A program made the position numbers and the translations under genes. This document shows positions 25,164-37,078 of a stretch of DNA of 64,000 bases, in pieces. The notes under the pieces are model-generated. The model saw only the letters and a program-made list of their open reading frames with translations. It was not told the origin of the DNA and searched no databases. Source of the stretch: Marsupella aquatica (Eukaryota > Plantae > Marchantiophyta); NCBI GenBank assembly GCA_973895155.1, contig OZ316892.1, positions 27,241,233 to 27,305,232 on the forward strand. The letters run 5' to 3'. Numbering within the stretch: position 1 is the first letter of the stretch; each line of letters opens with the position of its first letter.

Positions 25164-25492
25164 GGCGCACTATTCAAATAGACTCGGGGGTCTCACTATA
25201 TGGGGACCTCCCCATCGCCTGCGACGTTTTTAGGTCTCGGACCCTCTAAAATGTAAGATTTTATTTTTATTTTTTAACCCCTATAAAGTTGGAATATTCT
25301 TGGAATATTCTAAAAATTGTATTAAAAAGACCCTAATGTTATTACAAGTCTCAAAATTGAATTTAAAAGACCCTATTGTTCTTTTACAAAAATTCTTAAG
25401 TCTTCCCTTAGAACCAATAAAATGACCCTATCCTTCGTCGCACGTGATATGCTATTTTTGTGGAAATGAGACCCCCGAGCAAATAGAGCGCC
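25164..25492. mobile_element. MITE-like element with imperfect terminal inverted repeats
   Basis: Left GGCGCACTATT...CTCGGGGGTCTCA versus right TGAGACCCCCGAG...AATAGAGCGCC. The AT-rich interior (25260-25445) resembles the reverse complement of 23880-24060. Confidence 0.55.
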
Positions 25493-25499
25493 ATGGCGC

Positions 25500-26230
25500 T
25501 ATGTTCAGGGGATGACGATAAACTCTTTAGTTTGTTGTTTAGTAGGGTTCTGGTTCTTTTGCAGGTCATGCAACCATTGCTTTTTTGGAGCTTTAATTCC
25601 CTTTATTGGGTATGGAATGATCAATTGCAAAGACTTCTGGCAGGTGGATTTCAAGGAGTGTGTGTTCTGTGGAAAGGGCTGGACATGGAAAATGTGCACA
25701 ATGACAGGTTTAGGTACATGTCATCATTTTTGCAGCCTGGATGTGTTGCAGGGAACTAAGCCCTCTTTTCATGTACATACATATAGTACATAGTACACTA
25801 TGAGTGAATGTGACAAGAAAACTAAACAATTATCTTTGGGAATTTATAGGTCTCTCAATTCTTGATGAATTTGATGAGTCAATATTTGACTGGGAAAGAT
25901 CTTTCCCAACAGTCTCTAACAAATCCATAAAGAATTCTGATTTCATTGGATATGGATCAAGGAAGATGATGTCAAAGTTACCCTTTGGAGATATCTACCT
26001 CAAGGGTGCAGTCCATAATATCCTACACGAGTGGGTGTAGGGTCTGGGCTGGCCTCTGGCCCTGGGCCTTTGTGTTCTTGCTGTGTTTTTGGGCAGATTT
26101 TGTTGGTGTTCTGTAAATGTCTTGGCCCCTGGAGGGGGCTCGGCTGTGTGTTCCTTTGTGGCTTCTGTTTTGGGCTGCTTGTTCCCCCCTTCCTGTGGGG
26201 TTATCACAGTTAAATTATATAAAAGAAAAA
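25500..26230 (+). mobile_element. Possible decayed LINE 3' end
   Basis: Broken coding-like sequence with a CxxC motif (ECVFCG), a GT-rich 3'UTR-like tract and an A-rich tail (TATATAAAAGAAAAA). No diagnostic RT motif was recognised. Confidence 0.3.
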
Positions 26231-27079
26231 CCATTCCAAGGAATAATTTTGTCTGAATACTATAGGATAGCTTCTGTTTCATAAGTTAGTTAAACTACTG
26301 AACACTCTAAATGAAATAAAACATACTTTGTTGTGAATAACTTAAATAGCTAGCTGTGTCCTAGAATGGGTCAGCTATGTATATTGACAAAGGAGAGTTT
26401 ATGTATTTAAAATTTTTGTTTTGGATTCCAATGAAAAATTTGTTTTCTATCCAACGATAGTTTATTTCAACTGTAATCCCTGTATCCCTGCTAAAAAAAT
26501 TGTCTTTGCAAATTGCACGCTCTAGCCTTACCAAGACTAACAAAGCACGAGAAGCTAATTTGTTGCTGCCACCCTCACATGACTTCGAGCTCAAGGTTTC
26601 CAGCTTGGTTTACAGTACTCTTTTCGTAGCTGAGAAGTCAGTGAGAGGCATGACTTGTAGCTCAAGGTTTACAGTACTGTTTCTTAGCTGAGAAGCCAGT
26701 GAGAGACAGTACAGAGCAGTACAGCACCTTGAAATTTACACAGCCAACAATAAATAATGGGCTCAACAAATCATGACACTAGACCGGAGTGCATATAGAG
26801 AGCTAGTACTTTGAGATTCTTACGGCGAACAATAACTAATGGGCTCCCATAAATCAGGACACCAGGCTGGATTGAAGGTATATGAGTATGTGACCTTGTA
26901 ACAGCAATGAGCACAATCCTTCAAACAAACCAACCAAATAAGAGAATATAAATCCGGCATATTACAGTATTGAGGTCGAGAAGATCCATATGGAATGATC
27001 AGTTTGTGATTGACAGAGATTGGTTTCAATTGAACAAGATCTTAGAACGTAGTCTCTTTTCAGTGTGATTCATAGAAAT

Positions 27080-27326
27080 CTAGGCTACGAGATCGATTTG
27101 GTTTCAGTTCAACTACATCGGAGGTAGTCTATTTTCAGTTTGATTTATAGAATTCTAGGCCTTCAATGAGATCCAGAGTGATCGAAGGAAATAGGTACAG
27201 ATTAGGCTACGAGATCGAGATTTGGTTTCAGTTCAACGAGATCGAATGTAGTCTATTTTCAGTTTGATTTATAGAATTCTAGGCCTTCAATGACATCCAG
27301 ATTGATCAAAGGAAATAAGTACAGAT
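27080..27326. repeat. ~123-bp tandem duplication upstream of F-box gene 1
   Basis: taggctacgagatcga...ggaaata(g/a)gtacagatt occurs twice; a partial third copy lies at ~27015-27085. Confidence 0.8.
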
Positions 27327-27801
27327 TCCATGCCATTTACTCATCATGTGCCCGCGAGTGCTTGTCACTCTCACGATTTAGAAAGTGACAAGCACGGGCG
27401 ACATACTCGATAGATACATTGCCAGAGGAGCTGCGAAAGTGATAAGCATGAGTTGTACTGGGTAGGAAATCACAAGCAAGTACGGGCAGCACCATTTTCT
27501 CGCTCCCCATTACTGATCAGACAGCGGAAGGCTACCACCACTACCGTTTCCGAACCTTAGAGTACACTGCTCAGAATGGATCGAATTCGACTGGGTGGAC
27601 TTGGCATCAACCTTAGAATTGAAACAAGAAAGCTCAGCGCTGCACTTAGCTGAGAACGGATTTGCATTCTCTTCAACCGATTCGCGTAACGTGGCCCCAG
27701 TCCCAGTCTCGTTATATTTGCTCAGGATCCTGAACCCATTCTGAAATGCTACAAACGTCGGTTTCAGTCGACAAAGTAACAGATCATTTTGTCTCCTTGA
27801 C

Positions 27802-29007
27802 ATGGAGAGCGGCCGACGATCATGCAAGCCTCTGTCGGACGAGTTGGTGGGAAAGATTCTAGCAATGGTGCCCTTCCCATACATTTTCAAGGCTCGGATG
27901 CTCTCCAAATCATGGCTTGCCAGATTCTCGCCAGTTGCTTCCCTAGATGACGAAGTGGAGAAGCAATGCACAATTTGGTTTCAGAAAGAGGTGGGTGAGT
28001 TGTCATACAAGTGGGAAACATACTTCCCTGCGTGTTTTGGCAGGTTGCATTCCTCAGCGTTCCTCGTGGGATTTTCTCCAATGATCAGCTGGAAGCTTGC
28101 TTCAGCGATTGACATGATCGCACCGGGTTGTTTGGAGCCGCGTCATTCCATGTCTTTTCTGTCAAAACTGCCGTCGCTCTCTTTCCTTCCCGAGAAGTTG
28201 CTGACCTGTTCAAATCCGGAAATGGAGGGACCTCTGTTGTACTGGTGCAGTGAATCGAAGAAAATGATCTTTTCTGTGGCCAACATTTTGACCAGAAGCT
28301 GGAAGCAGCTGCCGCGTCCGCCTGAAGCGTTCGGGAGGTGCGAATTCTATCGGAAGACACTGGTTATACAAAAATCAGCGCAGATGTACAAGATGGTAGT
28401 GTTCTGTGGAAGTGCTCGCGACCTTGGAGTTCAGATCTATGATTCGAGGTCACAAGTCTGGACTACCAACAGGTTTCTCTTATCGAGAGACTTGAAACTA
28501 CTAAGCCCAGTTGTACAGTTGGATGGACTTCTCTACATGGTGGCATGTCACAACCACGCCAATCTCCTGGCCTTTAACGTGGAAGAAAGGACTCTGGAGT
28601 CACTCAGATTTTTCTCCACCGCTAAGTTGATGATAACGAATGTGGACCTGGTAGTTTACGATGGGAGTTTGCTTATAGTTGTTACTAATGGATTCTACCC
28701 CGGGGGTCTGCAATTGCTGAAATTTGATATCGTCACGGAGCGGTTGGTAGAGGTGGCAAGAGGTCCACCCCATGCTGTGTGTTTTAACCCCAGCTTTGAA
28801 ATGCGACGACGAAGAAGACCTGTTTGTGATGGTAGTAGCATTTACTTCGGGATCAGCGACAAAATGCTGGAATACAATGTGAAAGAAGATAAGTGGAGGT
28901 GTTTGGATTTCCCTTTCACTCGGGATGGAGCTTTCCCATTCATGAGCTACTGCGAGTGGACTGGCTTCTCCTTTCGGCCAGGGTTAACTCCTTTTGTGGA
29001 GGTTTGA
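27802..29007 (+). CDS. Intronless F-box protein (N-terminal F-box, FBA/kelch-like C-terminal region), 401 aa
   Basis: LSDELVGKILAMVPFPYIFKARMLSKSW F-box; VANILTRSWKQLP and YKMVV..QIYDSRSQVW motifs typical of plant F-box-associated domains. Confidence 0.88.
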   Translation: MESGRRSCKPLSDELVGKILAMVPFPYIFKARMLSKSWLARFSPVASLDDEVEKQCTIWFQKEVGELSYKWETYFPACFGRLHSSAFLVGFSPMISWKLASAIDMIAPGCLEPRHSMSFLSKLPSLSFLPEKLLTCSNPEMEGPLLYWCSESKKMIFSVANILTRSWKQLPRPPEAFGRCEFYRKTLVIQKSAQMYKMVVFCGSARDLGVQIYDSRSQVWTTNRFLLSRDLKLLSPVVQLDGLLYMVACHNHANLLAFNVEERTLESLRFFSTAKLMITNVDLVVYDGSLLIVVTNGFYPGGLQLLKFDIVTERLVEVARGPPHAVCFNPSFEMRRRRRPVCDGSSIYFGISDKMLEYNVKEDKWRCLDFPFTRDGAFPFMSYCEWTGFSFRPGLTPFVEV

Positions 29008-30560
29008 GTTTCAAACGTACCCAAGGATTTTGGCTAAAATTGAATATGTCATCTGCGCGAGAATTTTCCGTGAAGCTAGAGGTTTCTCACAGCGGAATCT
29101 AGGGTGCATATTACTTGTTTAGAAGTGTAAATTGACCTTAGGGCGGGCTTATTTGATCACTGCGTCTTTAATTACTCTAGTGTTAGCTTGTTCTCAAATG
29201 GCTCACCGAAGAGCAGATGGAACGCTCTTCATTTGACACCTTGAATGTTCAGAACAGAGTTTAAATTGACAGAGTTCACTCCAATTCAGAATTCAAAACG
29301 CCTGGAATTAGAACTGTAAAAGATCACAAATCGAAGGTGTTCAAGTTAGAATGTGTAGTTAAATCCGGCGTGTGCTGTCCCGACTTTGTCCACTTTTGGA
29401 TTTGCAGTCTACATGTGAACTGCATGGGTACACGCCCGTCCATAGATCACACGCATGAAGATTTATATGGACGGGCTTCTCTTCATGAACTTTTTTGGAG
29501 AATTGGATAATGTTGGTGTCTTGACTCGAATGTTGTCTCCTGCTATACAATTTTCTGCTACAGTAGGCAGTCCATGAGTGAAATGTAGATAGTCTATGTT
29601 TAATGCCAGGGCCTTGCCTGGATTCGACTGATCGAGGAAATGACCTGTTTCTGTTTCATATGGGGAATGCATTGAAATTAATGGATTAGAGAGTCAGAGC
29701 CACACGTGAGCTTACACACACTGCCAATAATACCTTTTGACAAATTTCGGTATCTATCAACGTCTGCTTTCACTGGAGGAGTGACATTACTTTCTACAAT
29801 ATGGCGCGGACAAGAATATCAGCGAAGCTATTCTTCATAGCAGCACTATTAACACTCAGTAATAGATTTCATTGCTCCAATCTCTGGAGTTCATGCCCTA
29901 GACAACTGGCCTACGCTGTGCCCTGATAATGATACAGTCCTACCTCGCTGTGATACACTGTCCACATTCATATTCATGTGTGACATTGAGAGAAATGGAA
30001 GCCGGTGATCGAGAAAGTTCTCCCGAGAACCACCGGAACTTCATCAACATCGCAAAACTAAGCCACTGTGGTAGGATATAAAACCGAGATAAGTAACGCA
30101 ACAGTTACTAAACATTACCATCCGAAGTGCAAGCTTATTGGCCGAAAATCAGGCGTTGATTGCTAGCTGTTAATGGAAGTAAAGGATGTGACCCGTTACG
30201 TACGATTACAAGTATTTCTGCTCAAGAGGTGACGAAATGTTTGGGACAAAATTGAGATGCCGTCAAGACAGTGCAAACTAAATCAGCCTGAATTGATCTA
30301 TGGACTTCATTTCTGGCGCATAGGGAACCATTTCTGAACCTTAACGTCCGTAAGCAAAGAGAATCTGCCTCGTGATCATACAAGGCTGGCCCGCCACTTC
30401 AGTAGGAAAAAAAAAGTTCTTCACATTTGTCTTTCTTGAGGTGGCTCAGGGGATCGAAACCCCTCCCAACAAGCAACAGGAGGCCAACATTATTTCTTAT
30501 CGGCAGGACCTGTATTGCTACGTGCTAGGGACATCCTATGCTAAATGACTGATCGTGAAC

Positions 30561-31856
30561 TTAGACTTCTGCGAACGGATTTGAGCCCGGCTGAAAACAG
30601 AAAGCAGAGGACTCGGTGCTTCCCAGTATGTCGGAACTGATCGTATCCGGAAGGAGGATTGGGAACCACCTCCAATGATCTTCTTTCACGTCGTATGTCA
30701 GCATTTGGTCGATGGTCCAAATGAATATCTTGTGACCATCGCTGAAAGGTTCTAGTGGCAGCGCTCTGATCGCCCGCGACGTTCCCGCTCTCATGTCGAC
30801 ATCCGGTGGATTCTTGAAATGAGAAGGCGGATCTCTTTCAACCATCAAAAGCTTTCTCGACACGAGATCAATCTCGAGTACACGCATCTCATCGAAATAA
30901 TCCATAAAGTCCATCCTCAGCAGACGTGCGTCACAAACTACCAAGCGGACCATGGAACGTCTCGGCAAAGAGTCGTCGACCGGGGACGATGTCATTATGA
31001 TTTCCTCCCAAGTTCCGTCGTGCACGTTCACGGCCAGGATATTGTCAACCGCGATGCATGCCAAGTACAGAAATCCATTGAGGTATATTGGAAAATCATG
31101 GCAAAATCTAGGAAGGATGACCCGTTCATCATTATGCTTGGCTAGATCCTTGCTTGTCCAGCCATCTGACGTGGAATCATAAGTGTGAATAGAAAAATCA
31201 CTCGTGATTCCTAGACATCTGCTTATAATGAGCACGATCACCTTATATGTCTCCAAAGATGTGTCTCTCACCAATTTTTTCCAAGAAGACACATTGTTGC
31301 TTCGATTATTGGGACGAGATGGCAACTGCTTCCAGCTCTTGGTGAAGATATTCGCTACAAACAAACTCCCCTCTGACGATTCATGAAGACCTGACGAGCG
31401 ACTGCACTCCTCCATCAAAGTATACGCGCACAGAAGAGGTCCTTCCAACTCCTGGTAAGATGAGGTAGAGATCATTATGCGAAGAGAACACAACGAAGGC
31501 AGACATTTTGAACCGTTTCGAAACGCGTTGTCGAAAGTGGTGCCCAGCTTCTCGCCAAAACTAACAGGGCAGAAGGTCTCCCACTTGTAAGACCATCGAC
31601 GGACCTGCTTTTGAAACGAAATTGCAAATTCCTTCCCCGCTTTGTCATCTATGGATGAAACTGCCGAGAAGTTCGTCCGCCATGATTTCGATAGAGTCCG
31701 CGCTTTGAAAATGGAAGGGAAAGGCATCATTGCTACAATCATCGCGACCAAGTCTTGCGGAAAAGTCTTGCATTCAGATTGCAGTCTCTCCGTTGCGACA
31801 GTCCTCCCGACCAACTCTTCCGGTAAAATATTGCTTTCAGATTGCACGCTCTCCAT
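30561..31856 (-). CDS. Intronless F-box protein, paralog of 27802-29007, with a duplicated F-box N-terminal helix
   Basis: FPQDLVAMIVAMMPFPSIFKARTLSKSW, VANIFTKSWKQLP and a C-terminal FQPGSNPFAEV matching FRPGLTPFVEV of the paralog. First in-frame ATG is at 31856 (MESVQ, cf. MESGR). Confidence 0.88.
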   Translation of the reverse strand: MESVQSESNILPEELVGRTVATERLQSECKTFPQDLVAMIVAMMPFPSIFKARTLSKSWRTNFSAVSSIDDKAGKEFAISFQKQVRRWSYKWETFCPVSFGEKLGTTFDNAFRNGSKCLPSLCSLRIMISTSSYQELEGPLLCAYTLMEECSRSSGLHESSEGSLFVANIFTKSWKQLPSRPNNRSNNVSSWKKLVRDTSLETYKVIVLIISRCLGITSDFSIHTYDSTSDGWTSKDLAKHNDERVILPRFCHDFPIYLNGFLYLACIAVDNILAVNVHDGTWEEIIMTSSPVDDSLPRRSMVRLVVCDARLLRMDFMDYFDEMRVLEIDLVSRKLLMVERDPPSHFKNPPDVDMRAGTSRAIRALPLEPFSDGHKIFIWTIDQMLTYDVKEDHWRWFPILLPDTISSDILGSTESSAFCFQPGSNPFAEV

Positions 31857-31907
31857 TGCTACAATTCTCCCGACCAAATCTTCCGGTAAATTCTTGCGTT
31901 CCTATTG

Positions 31908-32861
31908 CTGTTTCTGTATTTCAAGCGGACAGCGCAAATGTTTAGAGTGGACAAACGATATTAAACTCAAAGGCCTGTTTCTGCATTTCAAATTGACAGC
32001 GCAAATGTTTAGAGTGCACAAACGATATTAAACTCAAAGACCTGTTTCTGCATTTCAAACGGACAGCGCAAATGTGTAGAGTGCACAAACGACATTAAAC
32101 TCAAAGACCTGTTTCTGCATTTCAAGCGGACAGCGCAAATGTTTGGAGTGCACAAACGACATTAAACTCAAAGACCTGTCAGTTTCTGCATTTCAAGCGG
32201 ACAGCGCAAATGTTTAGAGCACTGCTCAAACGATATTAAACTCAAAGACCTGTTTCTGCATTTCAAATTGACAGCGCAAATGTTTGGAGTGCACAAACGA
32301 CATTAAACTCAAAGACCTGTCAGTTTCTGCATTTCAAGCGGACAGCGCAAATGTTTAGAGCACTGCTCAAACGATATTAAACTCAAAGACCTGTTTCTGC
32401 ATTTCAAATTGACAGCGCAAATGTTTGGAGTGCACAAACGACATTAAACTCAAAGACCTGTCAGTTTCTGCATTTCAAGCGGACAGCGCAAATGTTTAGA
32501 GCACTGCTCAAACGATATTAAACTCAAAGACCTGTTTCTGCATTTCAAATTGACAGCGCAAATGTTTGGAGTGCACAAATGACATTAAACTCAAAGACCT
32601 GTTTCTGCATTTCAAGCGGACAGCGCACATGTTTAGAGCACTGCTCAAACGATATTAAACTCAAAGACCTGTTTCTGCATTTCAAATTGACAGCGCAAAT
32701 GTTTGGAGTGCACAAATGACATTAAACTCAAAGACCTGTTTCTGCATTTCAAGCGGACAGCGCACATGTTTAGAGCACTGCACAAACGATATTAACCTCA
32801 AAGACCAAGCGGACAGCGCAAATGTTTAGAGTGCACAAACGATATTAAACTCAGAGACCTG
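31908..32861. repeat. Tandem array of 14 units (67/70/74 bp) with higher-order dimer structure
   Basis: Unit starts at 31908, 31975, 32042, 32109, 32176, 32250, 32317, 32391, 32458, 32532, 32599, 32669, 32736 and 32806 (last truncated). Consensus ctgtttctgcatttcaa(gcg/att)gacagcgcaaatgttt(a/g)gagtgcacaaacga(t/c)attaaactcaaagac. Confidence 0.95.
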
Positions 32862-33789
32862 AGTGACTCTCAGCGTGGAGTGCGACTACTAAGCGTGAAC
32901 GAGAAGAACGAGAAGAGAAGTCCTTTAGCTCAATCTCTTCTCGTTTGGGTACAGAATTTGAATCGTATGCATTATCGTAGACTCTACGGTATACCCGTGT
33001 CTAACTGCACGCTCCAGGAAGACTCTGAGATTGGTATTCAAATTATATGCTACAAGTGCATATAATACGGTTTATGGACCATGCTAATACTGTTTATGCA
33101 CTTCTCGATCAGAGAATTTGAATTCCATCGGCTATGTACTGAGACTCTAGCGCTTTACAGTATCTAAGTGAAGCCTTCTGATGACACCCCAAGCGTGCAC
33201 TTACCCATGGTATGTACTAAGCTATAAGTGCATTGTATATTGTTTATGCTCTTCTACAATACCTAAGTTCAGTTCCATTCTCAGCTTAATTACAGTGGGC
33301 TTAAGTGCAGACTCTCAAGACGATGCCCCAGGCCTGGGCTTAACCATGGTACTGTGATGCTACGGTTAATCACAAGAATAGCTTCTGCTTAAACACAAAT
33401 CAATCTCGGTAAAGACTCGACTCACTACATACACACTGCGCTTGACTTGAGAGGCCAGTATTGTAGTGTACAAGAAATTTTTAATTAAATTGAATATATC
33501 TCAAAGTTTAGTTTTACCTAGAATTAAAGCAAAATTAATATCGGTAAAATGCACCTTTGACACCTACCAAGGGCCAGAGCCGTTAAATAGGATGTTTCAA
33601 CTGGCTTCACTGTAGCCCTCTCAACAAATAATTCCAAGACACCAAGATGAGAAAGAAATATCGTCTGCTCGTTTAGCATGGATCAGCCCCAGCAAACGGC
33701 CCCACTTAATTACTTGAAGTCATTTCAAACTAGAGAGCCCTGTGGCAATGATAAGTGGCTTGTTGTAGAAGTACGACCCACCTTATGTA

Positions 33790-34475
33790 GTCTATGCACC
33801 TGTATTTTAGAAGTGTAAATTGACCTTCTGGCGGCCTTGGTTGATCATTGTATCTTCACTCTCCTCGTTAAGTCTATACATCTGAACTTGTCGTGAAGTT
33901 GCTGACCGACGAGCAGATGGAACGCTCTTCATTTGACACCTCGAATGTTCGATACAGAGTTGAAATTGACGAAGAAGAGACTTGTACAATTATTTAAAAA
34001 TCACATCAATTCAGCTTGGAATTGGAACTGTAAACAATATATCAGAAAGCGAAGCTGTTCATATCAAAATCTTTAATCCGTGTGCTGTCTCGACTTTGTC
34101 CCCTTTGATTGCATTCTACATGTTACCTAGCCTGCATGGGTACACACACCAGCCAGGTGTCGAAGTAAACGTTCGAACGCTAACTGAGCGTGCTTCTTTA
34201 ACGCGATGTCGATCGAATTCCATGACGAAGATCCATATGGATTGGCGGCTTGCTTGACCTTTTTTGGACGATTGGCTAATATGGGTGTCTTCGATGTCTC
34301 CTGCTACAAAAGTTTCTGATACAGCAGGCAATTCATGAGTGAAATTCGGATAGAAGTACGTTGAGTGCCTGGGCCTTGTCTTGATTCGACCGAGAAAATC
34401 AGCTTTTCCTGTGTCACGTGGTGAATGCACTGAATAGATGAGGAAGTCAGAGCAACACATGAGCTTATACACTAC
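33790..34475 (+). repeat. Diverged copy of the 3' flank of F-box gene 1 (29100-29720)
   Basis: Shared blocks tttagaagtgtaaattgacctt, gagcagatggaacgctcttcatttgacacct, tcatgagtgaaat and gagcttatacact in the same order. Confidence 0.75.
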
Positions 34476-35166
34476 CTAGAGTGCCTGTTTCACAAGTACC
34501 ATAGCGTACTACAAGGCGCTAGCCAGAACCATTGTCAAGCTTAACATACCGTCCGTCTTCCTTAATTCTGAAATAGGGCTGGAGGATGTAGGACCGACCT
34601 GTTGAGAACGCATAGCTAGATATACGTGGACAGTTCATGCTGCATTCAAATCAGCTAGTACGTAGAACTTTGGTAAACATAAGCTAAACCTAGCAAGATG
34701 CTGATCGAACTAGGATCCAGAACAGCACAGGCTGGCCGCTCGTAGAACCAGGGACTAGGAAGACTCGAATTTCTTGAGTTAGACGATGAGTAAATGAGCC
34801 TTCATCTGCCACTCATCTGTACGCCCGGAATATTTTCATGTGACCTTCATTCACAAAAGCAATGCAATATACAGCGAGGTCGATTTGATTAAGTCCAGTG
34901 TTCGCAGCTTGAATAAGCAAGTCGGAGACTTAAAAGACAAGTACGACCCATTAGTATGTGAAGGCCCGTGTATCTTATTAATTAAGTTGATTTAACGTCG
35001 ACCGGACTCAGATGATAATCTCGCCGGGTCTCGCAACCTCCTCAAAGCACTACCCGAATTAAAGGTCGTTTCGAACTTCTGATATATTCATCCTGGAGGT
35101 ACTCAGAAGTCTCACCGTGTCTCTCACCCTCTTCAAAGGACTACCCGAACTTCTGATTCATCATGA

Positions 35167-35506
35167 AGGTACCATGAAGATGTTGGTCATCGTTCTCATT
35201 CTCAAGAATGTCGTTGCTGCGTGAAGACTCTGAATGCCCGCGGTTATTGGCTGCACTGTCCACAACATCGAAACAACCGCTTACAGCTCATTATACGCTA
35301 GGTCACTTCTCGGTCCCTCCGAGGTGGATCACGGAGAGGTACCATGAAGATGTTGGTCATCGTTCTCATTCTCAAGAATGTCGTTGCTGCGTGAAGACTC
35401 TGAATGCCCGCGGTTATTGGCTGCACTGTCCACAACATCGAAACAAACACTTACAGCTCATTATACGCTAGGTCACTTCTCGGTCCCTCAGAGGTGGATC
35501 ACGGAG
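35167..35506. repeat. Near-perfect 170-bp tandem duplication
   Basis: aggtaccatgaagatgttgg...gaggtggatcacggag at 35167 and 35337. Confidence 0.92.
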
Positions 35507-35839
35507 CAAGTGACCTCGTGGGAATCTCTCCAGAACGAACATTAAGCAATCGATCAAGGAATGACGTCTACATTCACGTATGACTACCCGTACGTATGAG
35601 CTGACAGAGAGCATTCATACAAACCTGCCCAAGGCAAGAAAGTTAATCGTTTGGTATATAAGAGGGGTTTCAAATTACTCAAGAAAACACTATGGATCGG
35701 CATTAATCAACATGTATTCTTGTCTGGTGTTTACGTTCAGCTCCTCAGTGACGTGATAAATTTTGGTCAAAGGAGAAATGTACGTACACACGGTACCAAT
35801 GGATCTCAGTGCACCTATTTCTGGAGCTGGCTGCGTCGA

Positions 35840-36270
35840 TAGATTGTAAGGGTAGTAGCATTTACCTCCGGATCCACGACCAAATGCTGGAATATAATGT
35901 GAAAGAAGATATTTGGTGGAGGTGTTTGGGTTTCCCTATTACCCGGGATCGATCCGTGGAGCTTTCCGACGAGCTTTCCGACGAGCTTTCCGATTCATGA
36001 GCTACTGCGAGTCGTCTTGAAGTTTGACTGTTAAACCGAAGTATTTTGACTCAAATTGATATTTCCTGTGCGCAATAGCTTTCCGTGAGCGGGTCCGTGA
36101 GGCGATATCCTCGCAGAGTAATCTAGTGTAACTATGTTTTTTACAAGTGAAATTGACCATAGGACGGGCTTGCTTGATCACGGGTGTCTTTACTCTTATA
36201 AGTCTTAACTTGTCCTCAAAATTCGCTGACCGAAGAGCAGATGTAATGCTCTTCATTGAACACCTTGAAT
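35840..36270 (+). pseudogene. 3' fragment of an F-box gene 1 paralog plus its 3'UTR
   Basis: CKGSSIYLRIHDQMLEYNVKEDIWWRCLGFPITRD aligns to CDGSSIYFGISDKMLEYNVKEDKWRCLDFPFTRD; 12-bp GAGCTTTCCGAC expansion; downstream sequence matches 29030-29250. Confidence 0.85.
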
Positions 36271-36786
36271 TCTCAGTAACAAGGTGAAAGTAAAGATGAG
36301 ACTCGCATTTCCAAAGTTCAGTCCAATAGGTTTTTGTATCAAAAAACTGATCAGCTATAGCTATTCCGGAAGCACGTATAATAATTTAATGGATTCAGTT
36401 CGATAAATTGAATACATCTCAAACTTTATGTAGGATAGAGCACAAACTGATCGATAGAATATATACACCCTTGACAGCTACCAAGGGATCTTTCAACTGA
36501 CTTCACTGTAGCGGACTCGTTCAGCATATGATTCCAAGATACCAAGATGAGAAAACAAAGAGCGTCGGCTCGTTGAGCATGGATCAGCCCCAGCAGAAAT
36601 TCGTAACGCAGCTGTACTAACTTTTGTGGCATTTGTTTGCGCAGCTTATGGAACTGAAAATGCATTTCGAGCTCAGGAGCGATCGAGGTGGAGTCAAATA
36701 ATTCACAAATTCAACTCATCACTAAGAACAATCGAATTCCACCACACTTTTCACACCGCTAAGCTCCTACACGATTGTGTCAAGAA

Positions 36787-37078
36787 TGGTTCATGATTAC
36801 AAATGCAGTTCACGATGAGAAATCGAAATCATGCAAACATGCAGAGGGATATCAAGCGCATTAACTCTAACCCCTTCTAAGAGTATTCCTCAAACGGGAG
36901 CCACTCACTAAACTACTAGATGCAATCCGGGCATGGTTCATGATTACCGGAGCAGTTCACGACGAGAAATTGAAATCATGCATACATGTCGACGGATATT
37001 AAAGGCATAAACTCTAAACGTACCCAGTCATGGAGTATCCCTCAAACGTGAGCTATTCACTAAACTACCAGATGCAAT
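36787..37078. repeat. Diverged ~146-bp tandem duplication
   Basis: atggttcatgattac...cactaaactac(t/c)agatgcaat at 36787 and 36933. Confidence 0.75.

Noticed and set aside
31908-32861. CRISPR-like array
   Set aside because: Units are contiguous near-identical monomers without unique spacers; the context is eukaryotic and there are no cas genes.
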